Shown piece by piece: positions 28,013-36,810 of a DNA stretch of 64,000 nt. Below the pieces are notes generated by a model. That model saw only the letters and a list, made by a program, of their open reading frames with translations. It was not told the DNA's origin and searched no databases. Source of the DNA: Acidobacteriaceae bacterium. GTDB taxonomy: Bacteria; Acidobacteriota; Terriglobia; Terriglobales; Acidobacteriaceae. Where the stretch lies: assembly GCA_003138975.1 (NCBI GenBank), contig PLHQ01000088.1:1272-65271 (forward strand), written 5' to 3'. The position numbers and the translations under genes were made by a program. Positions within the stretch are counted from its first letter, which is position 1; the number at the start of each line of letters is the position of its first letter.

Positions 28013-28200
28013 CTCGGCAGCCCTCCCCCAGAACTGCCAAACCACTTCTGGATGGTAGGATTGGGGCTTTTTCTTGTAAACGGCACTTTGGTAATTGGCT
28101 GTCAGCGGCTCATGCTCTGCTGTTGAAAGGTGCTTATGTACGCGTGGCAAGACCACACTGGTCACAGCGCTGCGAGTAGATCTTCTCAGAGGGTGAGGAA

Positions 28201-29565
28201 TTACTGCTGCCTGTGCCAGGTTTGGCCGGCGTCGAAGGTGGTCCAGATTTCGCCGGTCGAGGTTGCAATTTTTCCATGCTGCGGATCAGAGAACTGGATG
28301 CTGGTAATGTCACCGGTAAGAACCATGCCGGCTTCAGAGGGGGCCACGAGACCCCAGCGATTGCCGCCATCCGAGCTGTGATACAAGGCGCCCCCGGAAG
28401 CGCCCGCCCAAACTTCAAGTCCACTTGCCGCCACGGCACGGAATACGGAGCTGGAACGCGACGCAGCTTCGACTTTCTGATTCTTCTCCTGAGATCTACC
28501 CCGATCAGCCGTGCCGAGGGAGGTAGACGGGGCGACATTCTCCCAAGTATGTCCTCCGTCGAAGGAACGCTGCAAGGCGCCAACAGGGGTCACGATCCAA
28601 CGCGGCGACGCGCGGAGCATAAGTGTCTGCGAGGTTTGCAGAGGCATGCTGCCGGAAACAACCGTCGCCGCAGCCGCGCGATTGGACGCGGCTTGTGCAG
28701 GCACAGGATCTTTGGCTTTGACTACGTTGAGATCGGTAAACGCCCGGCCTTGAAGCGGCAAGTCAGCCTGATTCTGAGCGAGTTGGTTCTGACCGGTCGC
28801 GGCGGTTTCTGTGTTGAGTGCTGTAGCCTCGGCCTGCACTTCAACCACCTGCGAAGCGGCGCCGACCTTAACCTGTTGGTGGATTTCGGGAGTTGGATTC
28901 CGCGGTTGACCAGGCGTAGTCGTTGGGCTTTCTGAGGCTTGCGCAAGAACTGAGTCACGGCGAGGCGAAGCTCCCTGTCCAGCTCCCGCGCCACCTGGCG
29001 GTTGAGCTAGGCGGTTGGGTTCGAGAGCAAGCTTGTGTGCGGTCAATATCGGAGGGCCCGGCGCGGCCAATTCCCTTCGCATCTCACTTTGCGGAACTGT
29101 TACCTGGCGGGAGGGCGATTGATGCAAAGCGGAAGGACCTGGCGCGGCGTCCTTTCGTAGGAAGTTCGAGGCCACGCTCCTTGCCTGGTTGCGATGCGAG
29201 TATTGCAGAACCCCGACCGACGTGACGACGAGGATTCCCGCCGCCAGGGCTGCCCAACGAAGCGTGGGCCAGGTTAGCCAGCCGATTCGAGCGGCGCTGC
29301 CGGCACCGGGCAAGGCAACTCTCTCTGTCGCCGGCAAAGCAAGTGCGACTACATCTCGACAGTCGCCACAAGCCGCAAGGTGCTCCATCACGAGGGCGCG
29401 TTCGCGCCCATCAAGAGACTGCTCCGCGAACGCCGTGAGAAGATCGGCGTCGGGATGCGATTCTGCGGTTGCCGGGCGTTCCTGCAACCGCTTGATCACG
29501 AATTTGGGGACGCTGTGCATTTCGGTTTCTAAGTTTCCAACTACTAGCTTCTCGCTTTCGTTCAA
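28201..29565 (-). CDS. Anti-sigma factor (zf-HC2, one TM) with a C-terminal BNR/Ycf48-like propeller domain
   Basis: HLAACGDCRDVV is the zf-HC2 motif. A TM (WAALAAGILVVTSVGVL) and a Pro/Ala/Gln-rich linker follow. BNR-like repeats are FDGGHTWENV, HSSDGGNRWG and TFDAGQTWH. Confidence 0.8.
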   Translation of the reverse strand: MNESEKLVVGNLETEMHSVPKFVIKRLQERPATAESHPDADLLTAFAEQSLDGRERALVMEHLAACGDCRDVVALALPATERVALPGAGSAARIGWLTWPTLRWAALAAGILVVTSVGVLQYSHRNQARSVASNFLRKDAAPGPSALHQSPSRQVTVPQSEMRRELAAPGPPILTAHKLALEPNRLAQPPGGAGAGQGASPRRDSVLAQASESPTTTPGQPRNPTPEIHQQVKVGAASQVVEVQAEATALNTETAATGQNQLAQNQADLPLQGRAFTDLNVVKAKDPVPAQAASNRAAAATVVSGSMPLQTSQTLMLRASPRWIVTPVGALQRSFDGGHTWENVAPSTSLGTADRGRSQEKNQKVEAASRSSSVFRAVAASGLEVWAGASGGALYHSSDGGNRWGLVAPSEAGMVLTGDITSIQFSDPQHGKIATSTGEIWTTFDAGQTWHRQQ

Positions 29566-29569
29566 GACT

Positions 29570-30502
29570 TCACTCCTGACCCTCCCGGAGTGCCTCTACC
29601 CTTGTTTCTCTCTTTCTAGGGAACGCTGGCGACGACGATTCTTGCGCCAGACTGCGACGAATATCCAATCTTAAGTCACGTACGTCAACCTCCAACGCTT
29701 CTTCGGCCTGGCGGCGAGCCATGCCCTGCTGAATCATGTTAGCCAAGATTTTCTTGCGCAATGACTTGGCCAGCTTGTCCACTTTGCGGCTGATGGTGGA
29801 CTCGTGTACCGCCAGCAGACGGGCGATTTCCGCCAGCGTCCGGCCGTCAAGAAAATACGCGGCCAGCACCATCCGTTCTTCGCTGGAGAGTGAAGCCAGG
29901 GCCGTGTTGGTGGCAGATTCCAGACGCGAGTCTGGGCATGGAACCGGCTCGATCTCGGGAGCCGCGAACTGCGAGCCCTCTTCGCCTTCTTCGTCGAGGC
30001 TGATCAGACGCCTGGTGCGGCGGTAGCGATTCACGAACTCTTGTGCAAGCACGGTGCGAAGCCAACCTTCGAGTGACCCGCGACCCGTGAAGGATGCCAG
30101 TTTGGAAACGCGCTCGCCATCGCGAGTAGTCGTGCCGTAGAGTTCGGCATAGAGTGTGTCGGCGAGATCGCGGGCGGCTGAGTCCTCGCGGGCGATGCGC
30201 AGGGCGCACTGATAAAGCTTTTCCCGGTAACGAATCAGGAAAAGTTCCCAGGCGGCATTGTGGCCCGCGGCGCAGGCTCTGGCGAGCGCGAGTTCCTCAA
30301 CTCGCAGGCTTAGCAGAAAAGTGCGTGCCTCGGCTTGAGTGGCGCCCGTGGGCAGATACTTCATGGCCACGTCAGCCAGAATTTCGGCGAAGGATTCGCA
30401 GGCGAGACCGACTTTTTCGCAGCCGCTTCTATCGTGCATCTCCGGCAGCAACTCGGAGAGTGCGGATTGCACTGGAGCGGATATTGGTTTGCCGGCGCGC
30501 AT
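29570..30502 (-). CDS. ECF-type sigma-70 family factor with an ~85-aa N-terminal extension
   Basis: Region 2-like FLIRYREKLYQCALRIAREDSAARDLADTLYAELY and region 4 LSSEERMVLAAYFLDGRTLAEIARLLAVHESTISRKVDKL. The stop is 4 nt before the anti-sigma start. Confidence 0.85.
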   Translation of the reverse strand: MRAGKPISAPVQSALSELLPEMHDRSGCEKVGLACESFAEILADVAMKYLPTGATQAEARTFLLSLRVEELALARACAAGHNAAWELFLIRYREKLYQCALRIAREDSAARDLADTLYAELYGTTTRDGERVSKLASFTGRGSLEGWLRTVLAQEFVNRYRRTRRLISLDEEGEEGSQFAAPEIEPVPCPDSRLESATNTALASLSSEERMVLAAYFLDGRTLAEIARLLAVHESTISRKVDKLAKSLRKKILANMIQQGMARRQAEEALEVDVRDLRLDIRRSLAQESSSPAFPRKRETRVEALREGQE

Positions 30503-30629
30503 GCAGAAGATGAAGAAAGTGCGAAGAGACCTCCCTTGATCCTACTAGTTCCTTAGACGCGCGTGAGCATAATTTTGGCCGCAAGCACTGGCGACTTTTT
30601 CGCTCTTATGGCCGGTCTTGGTGCGGAAG

Positions 30630-31706
30630 TTAGTTGTTTGCGCTGTTGTTCTGGTACCAATTTCGCCAAGCTGCGGAGTCGTTGGGCAGGCGTTGCCGGG
30701 TGATGTCGCCCAGGGCCTGGAAGGCCCAGGCGTGGGTCTGGGCATCGAGTGCGGGATCGTCAGAGTAATCAATGAGTTGCGGGACGGCGATGAGCCGCTG
30801 GTGGTGACTTAACATGCCTGACTCCGCCAGACTGCAGGCGGCGCGTTCGCGCACTATTGGGGACGGATCATCGTGCATCGCTTCGAGCAGGGGAGCGATC
30901 GTTGGAGTGGTTCCCACCACAGCCAGGCTTTCGACCGCCCAACGGCGTGCATCTTCGGAAGCCTTGTCCGATCCGCGGTCATTTTTCAGGTGAGCGCTCA
31001 ATACCTGGACTACGCGATCCGTCCCAACGCCACGGTTTGCCAGCAAACCCAGAGTCCAGAAAGCCCAAATCTTTTGCGCGTGATCGGAGGAGGCGGCCTG
31101 CCGCACGAGTGCTTCGACAGTGGACTCGCTCTGGGTGACCCCGTAGGCCGCCAGTTGGACTTCAATGGCGGAATCCCGCACGCTTCTGTCATTGGAGTTG
31201 AGGGCAGCCGTGGTCAGTTCGCCGAGTTGCGCATCCCACTGGAGTTGCCCGCGCCAGGCATCGACGCGCGCTTCGATCTGCGCGGTAGCTCCATCGGAGC
31301 GAGCCATGGCGCGTTCGAGGAGGATTTCCGCTTGCTTTTGCGGCTTCTGACGATCCAGATCGCGATCGGACGGCAGCGCGGAAGAGACACCAAGATCTTT
31401 CCGCAACGAGAATGGAGTGGATAATTTTCCCCAAACCGCGTTTATGCCTCCGGCGCTGGAGACCGCCACCGCGAGTCCGATTCCCGCCATCATGGCGCCG
31501 ATATGGAGCAGGGGCAGATTGGAAACGGTCCTACGATCAGAATCGGAAGATCCGGAAACTGGCGCCGGCGCAAGATCTGACCCCGGACCGAGCGTGCCGT
31601 AATCCGGCGTCGGCTGCAGGCGCGGATCCAGAGGACGAAGAATCCCAGTCCCGTCTTGCCCCGACAAGTTCGGTCGAAAAACATCCATAGCGCCAAGTTT
31701 AGGCAC
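30630..31706 (-). CDS. Membrane-anchored HEAT-repeat protein
   Basis: An N-terminal TM (LLHIGAMMAGIGLAVAV) is followed by HEAT-like repeats (DRSVRDSAIEVQ..., EDARRWAVESLA..., PSPIVRERAACSLA...). It lies upstream of the sigma gene on the same strand. Confidence 0.72.
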   Translation of the reverse strand: MPKLGAMDVFRPNLSGQDGTGILRPLDPRLQPTPDYGTLGPGSDLAPAPVSGSSDSDRRTVSNLPLLHIGAMMAGIGLAVAVSSAGGINAVWGKLSTPFSLRKDLGVSSALPSDRDLDRQKPQKQAEILLERAMARSDGATAQIEARVDAWRGQLQWDAQLGELTTAALNSNDRSVRDSAIEVQLAAYGVTQSESTVEALVRQAASSDHAQKIWAFWTLGLLANRGVGTDRVVQVLSAHLKNDRGSDKASEDARRWAVESLAVVGTTPTIAPLLEAMHDDPSPIVRERAACSLAESGMLSHHQRLIAVPQLIDYSDDPALDAQTHAWAFQALGDITRQRLPNDSAAWRNWYQNNSANN

Positions 31707-31833
31707 GACGCGGAATAGGGTAAAGTTACTTCAGGACCCAGCCCGATCGAGGTTCGATGTAAGGCGCGGCCACGTGTAGCTCGAAACTGGCATCGGAAGA
31801 AGCGCTGTGGGTCTACAAACTTACGGAGGAAGA

Positions 31834-32874
31834 ATGTCTGCCCAAGGAAATTATTTGCGCCGCTGGTTGTCAGTTTCACTAGTTCTGATTATTGCCGCTG
31901 CCGCTTTGGCTGCGGCTGGCCCGGGTTACAAGGTCGTGAACACTTACAAAGTAGGCGGCGACGGTGGTTGGGATTACTTGACCGCTGACGCGTCGGCGCG
32001 GCGTCTTTATATTTCGCGAGCGACTCATGTCATCGTGCTGGATCTGGATTCTGGAAAGAATGTTGGCGACATCGCAGATACGCAAGGCGTGCATGGCATC
32101 GCCCTCGCTCCGGAACTGGGGCGCGGCTTTACCAGCAACGGACGGGAAGGCACAGTCAGCATTTTTGATTTGCAGACTTTGGCCACCAGCAGCAAAGTGA
32201 AGGTCGGAGAAAATCCAGATGCAATTCTCTACGATCCGGCAACCAAGCGGGTTTTCACGTTCAACGGCCAAAGCCACGACGCGACCGCGCTGGATGCTAA
32301 GAAGGGCACGGTGCTGGGCACGATCAAGCTCGACGGCAAACCAGAGTTCTCGGCCAGTGATGGCAAAGGCGAAGTGTTCGTCAACATTGAAGATAAAAGC
32401 GAGTTGGTGACGATTGATCCCAGCAAACTTGAGGTGAAGTCGAAGTGGCCGCTCGCGCCTTGCGAATCGCCCACGGGATTGTCGATGGACCGGAAAAACC
32501 GCCGGCTGTTCGTGGGCTGCGACAACAAGATGATGGCTGTTGTGGATGCGGATACGGGCAAGGTCCTGGCCACGCCCGCGATTGGCGACGGCGTTGACGC
32601 GACCGCTTTCGACGACGAAACTGGGCTGGCTTTCGCTTCGTGCGGAGAAGGCGTGCTGACGGTGGTGCGTGAGGAGTCGCCGGAGAAATTCAGCGTAGCG
32701 GAAAATGTTGCGACGCAACCGGGCGCGCGTACTCTGGCGCTCGATTCCAAAACGCACAATGTTTATGTGGTCACGGCTAAATTCGGCCCGCCTCCGGCAG
32801 CGACGGCGGATAATCCACATCCGCGGCGCAGCATCGTACCCGATACTTTTGTGGTTCTCGTTGTGGCCGAATGA
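31834..32874 (+). CDS. YncE/YVTN-type beta-propeller protein, secreted
   Basis: ATG at 31834 follows GGAGGA. A signal peptide (LSVSLVLIIAAAALAAAG) is followed by propeller repeats (GVHGIALAPELGRGFTSNG, NPDAILYDPATKRVFTFNG, PTGLSMDRKNRRLFVGC). Confidence 0.8.
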   Translation: MSAQGNYLRRWLSVSLVLIIAAAALAAAGPGYKVVNTYKVGGDGGWDYLTADASARRLYISRATHVIVLDLDSGKNVGDIADTQGVHGIALAPELGRGFTSNGREGTVSIFDLQTLATSSKVKVGENPDAILYDPATKRVFTFNGQSHDATALDAKKGTVLGTIKLDGKPEFSASDGKGEVFVNIEDKSELVTIDPSKLEVKSKWPLAPCESPTGLSMDRKNRRLFVGCDNKMMAVVDADTGKVLATPAIGDGVDATAFDDETGLAFASCGEGVLTVVREESPEKFSVAENVATQPGARTLALDSKTHNVYVVTAKFGPPPAATADNPHPRRSIVPDTFVVLVVAE

Positions 32875-32968
32875 GGTGCGGTTTCTATTCCTCGCGAGCT
32901 GCCATTTGGCTGGCGCTGGCGATTGGGTTGGCGCAAGTCTGTGCGGTGCAGACCTGCGCGTCGTTCTC

Positions 32969-33571
32969 TTACCTCATGCTCGCGGGGATCGCGCCATTCT
33001 TGAACATTTCAAACCACATCCGCATGTCGGCTTCGCCGTAGATTCCTAGCTCGCGGATCACCTCGCGGGCGAATTCCACGCTCCCTAGTCCGCTTGCCGT
33101 GATGATCTTGTGATCGGTCACTGCTAATTCATCCACGTAAAAAGGCTCATCCTTGTACTCCGGAACCATTTTCTTCAAATAGCTCTTCGCGTTACTGGTG
33201 TGGCGAACGCCAGCCGTCAACCCTGCGCGGGCAATTTCCAACGTTGCCGCGCACAACGCGCCAATCAGGATGTCCTCCGCATGCAACCGCCGGAGAAGTT
33301 CATCCACCTTCCCGTCTGGCCCTTTCTCCCACTGGGCTCCACCCGGCAGAATGAAAATCGCGGTTTCGCGTGGCTCGATCTCGTCCTCATCCATGGCGAT
33401 GTCAGGCACTACCCTGAGTCCCCCCATCGTCACCACGGTCTCGCGCGAACGTCCTGCCGTCAGTACTTCGTACTTGTCGGATTTCCGGATCTCGCACAGA
33501 GCCAGCGCCGGCTCCCAATCCGCCAGCCCGTCAAACACGAAGAGGTATGCCTTCAGTTTCATGCTCGGCAT
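32969..33571 (-). CDS. DJ-1/PfpI-family (class I glutamine-amidotransferase-like) protein
   Basis: KAYLFVFDGLADWEPALAL...IFILPGG...ILIGALCAATLEIARAGL has the nucleophile-elbow Cys. Confidence 0.83.
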   Translation of the reverse strand: MPSMKLKAYLFVFDGLADWEPALALCEIRKSDKYEVLTAGRSRETVVTMGGLRVVPDIAMDEDEIEPRETAIFILPGGAQWEKGPDGKVDELLRRLHAEDILIGALCAATLEIARAGLTAGVRHTSNAKSYLKKMVPEYKDEPFYVDELAVTDHKIITASGLGSVEFAREVIRELGIYGEADMRMWFEMFKNGAIPASMR

Positions 33572-33802
33572 CTCCGTATCTCAATCGTCCGCTGGGCGCT
33601 CGCCCATCGGAGGTTGATCCAAGAAGAATACCTGTCGAAACCACTTTGCGCGAACCACATCCCTTCTTCGAACTGAACCCGGAACGACCGTTCGGTTGTC
33701 AAACATCAACCCTCCATGTATCATCGCAAAACTTTAATGACCCTCTGCAGTCGGCTCTGTGTTCGCGCGCCAACTGCGCCAGGGTTTCCGAGGATTTTAC
33801 GG

Positions 33803-34570
33803 ATGACAGTTGGGGACGAGAAATTTTACCGGGCACGGGTCACCAAGCGGGTGGAGTTCGCACCTGACCTGTGGATGATTCGCATCCAGCCCGGCGGGGA
33901 GTTCAAGTTTGTCCCGGGCCAGTATGCCACGCTCGGTGTGGAGCACGATGGCAAGCGGACGGAGCGTCCGTATTCGATTGCCTCGGCGCCTTTTGAAAAT
34001 GAAATTGAATTCTTCTTTGAGCTGGTGCCTGAGGGAGCACTGACGCCTCGCCTTTACAAACTGCAACCGGGCGACGAACTGCTGATGCGGAGAATACCAA
34101 AAGGCAAATTCACGCTCGATACGGAGAGCGGCCGGAAGCATCATCTGTTGGTTTCAACGGTGACCGGAGTGGCTCCGTTTGTAAGTTTTGTACGGACGCT
34201 TTCGAGAGACTGGAAAGAAGGCCGCTTTGATGGCAGCCACCAACTCTACCTGCTCAACGGCGCCAGCCGGCCATGGGAGTTCGGCTACAAAGAGGAATTG
34301 AACCGCTTCGACGCGGAACTGCCCTGGTTCAAATATGTGCCCACCGTGAGCCGGCCGTGGGATCACGCAGACTGGCCGGGTGAAATCGGCCGCGCCGACG
34401 ATGTGCTGCGCAAGTATGCTGACCACTGGGAACTCGACGCCACGAATACCACGGCATATTTGTGCGGGCATCCAGACATGATCGCGAACAGCAAGGCAAT
34501 CTTGAAGCGGCGCGGCTTCGTCGACAGGACGGCAATCAAGGAAGAGATTTACTGGATTCCGGCGAAGTAG
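33803..34570 (+). CDS. Ferredoxin-NADP+ reductase (plant-type FNR fold)
   Basis: FVPGQYATLGVEHDGKRTERPYSIASAP (FAD-binding RxYS)...LVSTVTGVAPFVSF...YLCGHPDMI. Confidence 0.88.
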   Translation: MTVGDEKFYRARVTKRVEFAPDLWMIRIQPGGEFKFVPGQYATLGVEHDGKRTERPYSIASAPFENEIEFFFELVPEGALTPRLYKLQPGDELLMRRIPKGKFTLDTESGRKHHLLVSTVTGVAPFVSFVRTLSRDWKEGRFDGSHQLYLLNGASRPWEFGYKEELNRFDAELPWFKYVPTVSRPWDHADWPGEIGRADDVLRKYADHWELDATNTTAYLCGHPDMIANSKAILKRRGFVDRTAIKEEIYWIPAK

Positions 34571-34578
34571 TGACGATG

Positions 34579-34902
34579 TTAGCTTTCGGCGGGCGCGAAA
34601 AGAACCAGCACCGCTAATTCTTCCATCACATCGTAAAAATGATGCTCCACTTCGGCCGCGACGAAGATCACACTGCCCGCGGACACTTCGCGGTTTTCTT
34701 CGTCAACTTTGAAGCGGGCTCGTCCGCGGACGACATAATAGATCTCATCTTCATGGTGCGGCCTCTGCAGGTCCGTGGCACCAGCGGGCAGGACGTAAAT
34801 TCCGGCGCTCATCGCTGGCACGCGAAGGAATTCGCGGTACAACTTGCCGCTCCGCGCCCGCTGTTGATCGATCTCGGAGATGCTGGCGAAGAGAGTTTTC
34901 AC
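34579..34902 (-). CDS. Cupin-domain protein, translationally coupled to the TetR gene
   Basis: GTG at 34902 overlaps the TetR stop (GTGA). GIYVLPAGATDLQRPHHEDEIYYVVRGRARFKVD...GSVIFVAAEVEHHF is a cupin. Confidence 0.78.
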   Translation of the reverse strand: MKTLFASISEIDQQRARSGKLYREFLRVPAMSAGIYVLPAGATDLQRPHHEDEIYYVVRGRARFKVDEENREVSAGSVIFVAAEVEHHFYDVMEELAVLVLFAPAES

Positions 34903-35498
34903 GCGAAGATCCCTCCAAAAATAAGATCGGTAAATTGCGGAATGAGATTCTGCGCCTGCAGGTCGCCTTCCGGCTTGTACCACTGATAAATCCAGTTGAT
35001 CATGCCGAGCAGGGCGAAGGCGGCTGCGCGCGGGCTGACCTTTGCTTTTGCCCGATGTGCATGCCGGGATTTGTTTTGCACTTCCGCCATCAGGTTTTCG
35101 AGGAAGTGGATATAGTCCTTTTTGCGGGAATTGATGCGTTTACGCAACGACGGTGGCAGAGGATGGTTTTCGTGGAGCATCACCGTGATCTCGCGATCGC
35201 GCGGGCTGAGCACAACTTCTATGTGCAACCGGATGAGGGCGCGCAGCCGGTCTTCGGGATCGGCAATTGCACGCACGGGATTGAGCACGCGTTCGTCAGT
35301 GATCTCCATAGCGTGGTTCATGATCTCGAACAGGATCTCGTCCTTGCTCTGAAAGTGATGGTAGAGGCCGCCCTTGCTCAGTTTGAGGGCGGCGGCAACA
35401 TCGTTCATGGAAGTAGCGTCATAGCCGCGCTGCTGGAACAGACGGGCGGCGGTGCGCAGAATTTCCTGCCGGGAGTCAACCACGGTCTCGCGGGTCAT
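34899..35498 (-). CDS. TetR/AcrR-family transcriptional regulator
   Basis: RQEILRTAARLFQQRGYDATSMNDVAAALKLSKGGLYHHFQSKDEIL is the HTH. Confidence 0.92.
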   Translation of the reverse strand: MTRETVVDSRQEILRTAARLFQQRGYDATSMNDVAAALKLSKGGLYHHFQSKDEILFEIMNHAMEITDERVLNPVRAIADPEDRLRALIRLHIEVVLSPRDREITVMLHENHPLPPSLRKRINSRKKDYIHFLENLMAEVQNKSRHAHRAKAKVSPRAAAFALLGMINWIYQWYKPEGDLQAQNLIPQFTDLIFGGIFA

Positions 35499-35600
35499 CG
35501 GGTGACATGGTAACTACTTCGGGAGCGGATTGCCAACGCGCCGGCAGAGCGTTCCGGAGGGGTTACGGCGGCGTGCACACTCCCGCGTGCACATTCCCGC

Positions 35601-35655
35601 TTGACAGGGACTCCGGGCGAAGGTAGCATCTCCGGATACCGACCGACCGGTCGGT
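35601..35655 (+). promoter_or_regulatory. Promoter candidate for ilvC (TTGACA-N17-TAGCAT) followed by a perfect 14-bp palindrome
   Basis: TTGACA 35601-06, TAGCAT 35624-29, and ACCGACCGGTCGGT at 35642-35655. All lie in the TetR/ilvC divergent region. Confidence 0.4.
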
Positions 35656-35757
35656 ACGCACAGAGGATTCCCGCTATTTTGGCTTGGATCCTTAGGAAGC
35701 AAGGGTATCTTTACTTCCTTTGTTCGACGAGACAAGTGCAACGAGAGGAGCACAGTG

Positions 35758-36810
35758 GTGGCTACTATCTTTTATGAACACGACGCCAATCCGAATGCCC
35801 TGAAGGGCAAAACCATTGCCATCCTGGGCTACGGCAGCCAGGGACACGCGCAGGCGCAGAACCTGCGCGACAGCGGCTGCAAGGTAATTGTGGGGCTGGA
35901 ACCGAATCGCCCCAGCGTGCAGCAGGCCCGCGCCGATGGCATGGTGGTGGTCGCGCCGGATGAGGCCGCCAAGCGCGCCGACTGGATTCACGTGCTCACG
36001 CCCGACGAGACCCAGGCTGCTGTTTACGAGCAGTACATCAAGCCCTATCTGCATCCCGGAAAAATTCTCGGATTCTCGCACGGCTTCAGCATTCATTTCA
36101 AGACGATCGTCCCGCCGAATGATGTGGATGTGGTGATGATTGCGCCCAAGAGCCCTGGCCATCTGCTGCGGCGGGTGTACGCCGAAGGGCGCGGCGTGCC
36201 ATCGCTCATCGCGATCCAACAGGACTCGAGCAAACGCGCTCACGAGTACGCGCTGGCCTATGCGTATGGTATTGGCTCAACCCGCGCGGGCGTGCTGCAG
36301 ACTACATTCCAGGAAGAAACGGAAAGCGATCTTTTCGGCGAGCAGGCCGTGCTGTGCGGCGGTCTGACTTCATTGATCAAGAAGGGATTCGAGACCCTGG
36401 TGGAAGCCGGCTACGCGCCCGAGATTGCCTATTTTGAGTGTCTGCATGAGATGAAGCTGATCGTCGACTTGATCTACGAAGGTGGATTGAGCCGGATGCG
36501 GTACTCGATTTCGAATACTGCTGAGTATGGCGACCTGACGCGCGGCGAAAAAGTTGTGGGCGATGCTACGCGGGCCGCCATGAAGAAGACTCTGGCCGAC
36601 ATTCAGGATGGAACCTTCGCCCGCGAGTGGATCAAGGAAAACAAGGACGGCGGTTACAACTTCGCGTCGTTGCGCGAAAGAGAGCAGCAGCATCCCATCG
36701 AGATTGTGGGTGCACAGTTGCGCGGCATGATGAGTTGGCTGCCCGGCAAGGAAGCAAAGAAGCCGGCGAATGCGCCGAAACCCGAACCTGAACAGGTCGT
36801 GAATGCTTAA
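35758..36810 (+). CDS. ilvC: Ketol-acid reductoisomerase
   Basis: (M)[39 protein letters not shown].... The GTG at 35758 is 7 nt after GAGAGGAG, and the GTG at 35755 is also possible. Confidence 0.96.
   Translation: MATIFYEHDANPNALKGKTIAILGYGSQGHAQAQNLRDSGCKVIVGLEPNRPSVQQARADGMVVVAPDEAAKRADWIHVLTPDETQAAVYEQYIKPYLHPGKILGFSHGFSIHFKTIVPPNDVDVVMIAPKSPGHLLRRVYAEGRGVPSLIAIQQDSSKRAHEYALAYAYGIGSTRAGVLQTTFQEETESDLFGEQAVLCGGLTSLIKKGFETLVEAGYAPEIAYFECLHEMKLIVDLIYEGGLSRMRYSISNTAEYGDLTRGEKVVGDATRAAMKKTLADIQDGTFAREWIKENKDGGYNFASLREREQQHPIEIVGAQLRGMMSWLPGKEAKKPANAPKPEPEQVVNA

Noticed and set aside
27920-28165. An 81-aa ORF on the minus strand downstream of the anti-sigma gene.
   Set aside because: It reads through the strongest terminator hairpin in the window and overlaps the 3' end of the convergent GNAT gene. 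It has no SD.
33682-33693. A perfect GAAC-N4-GTTC (Cheo-box-like LexA site) between the DJ-1 and FNR genes.
   Set aside because: About one such 8-specified-base palindrome is expected by chance in 64 kb. Its centre is GC-rich, unlike Cheo boxes. No similar box precedes lexA itself.
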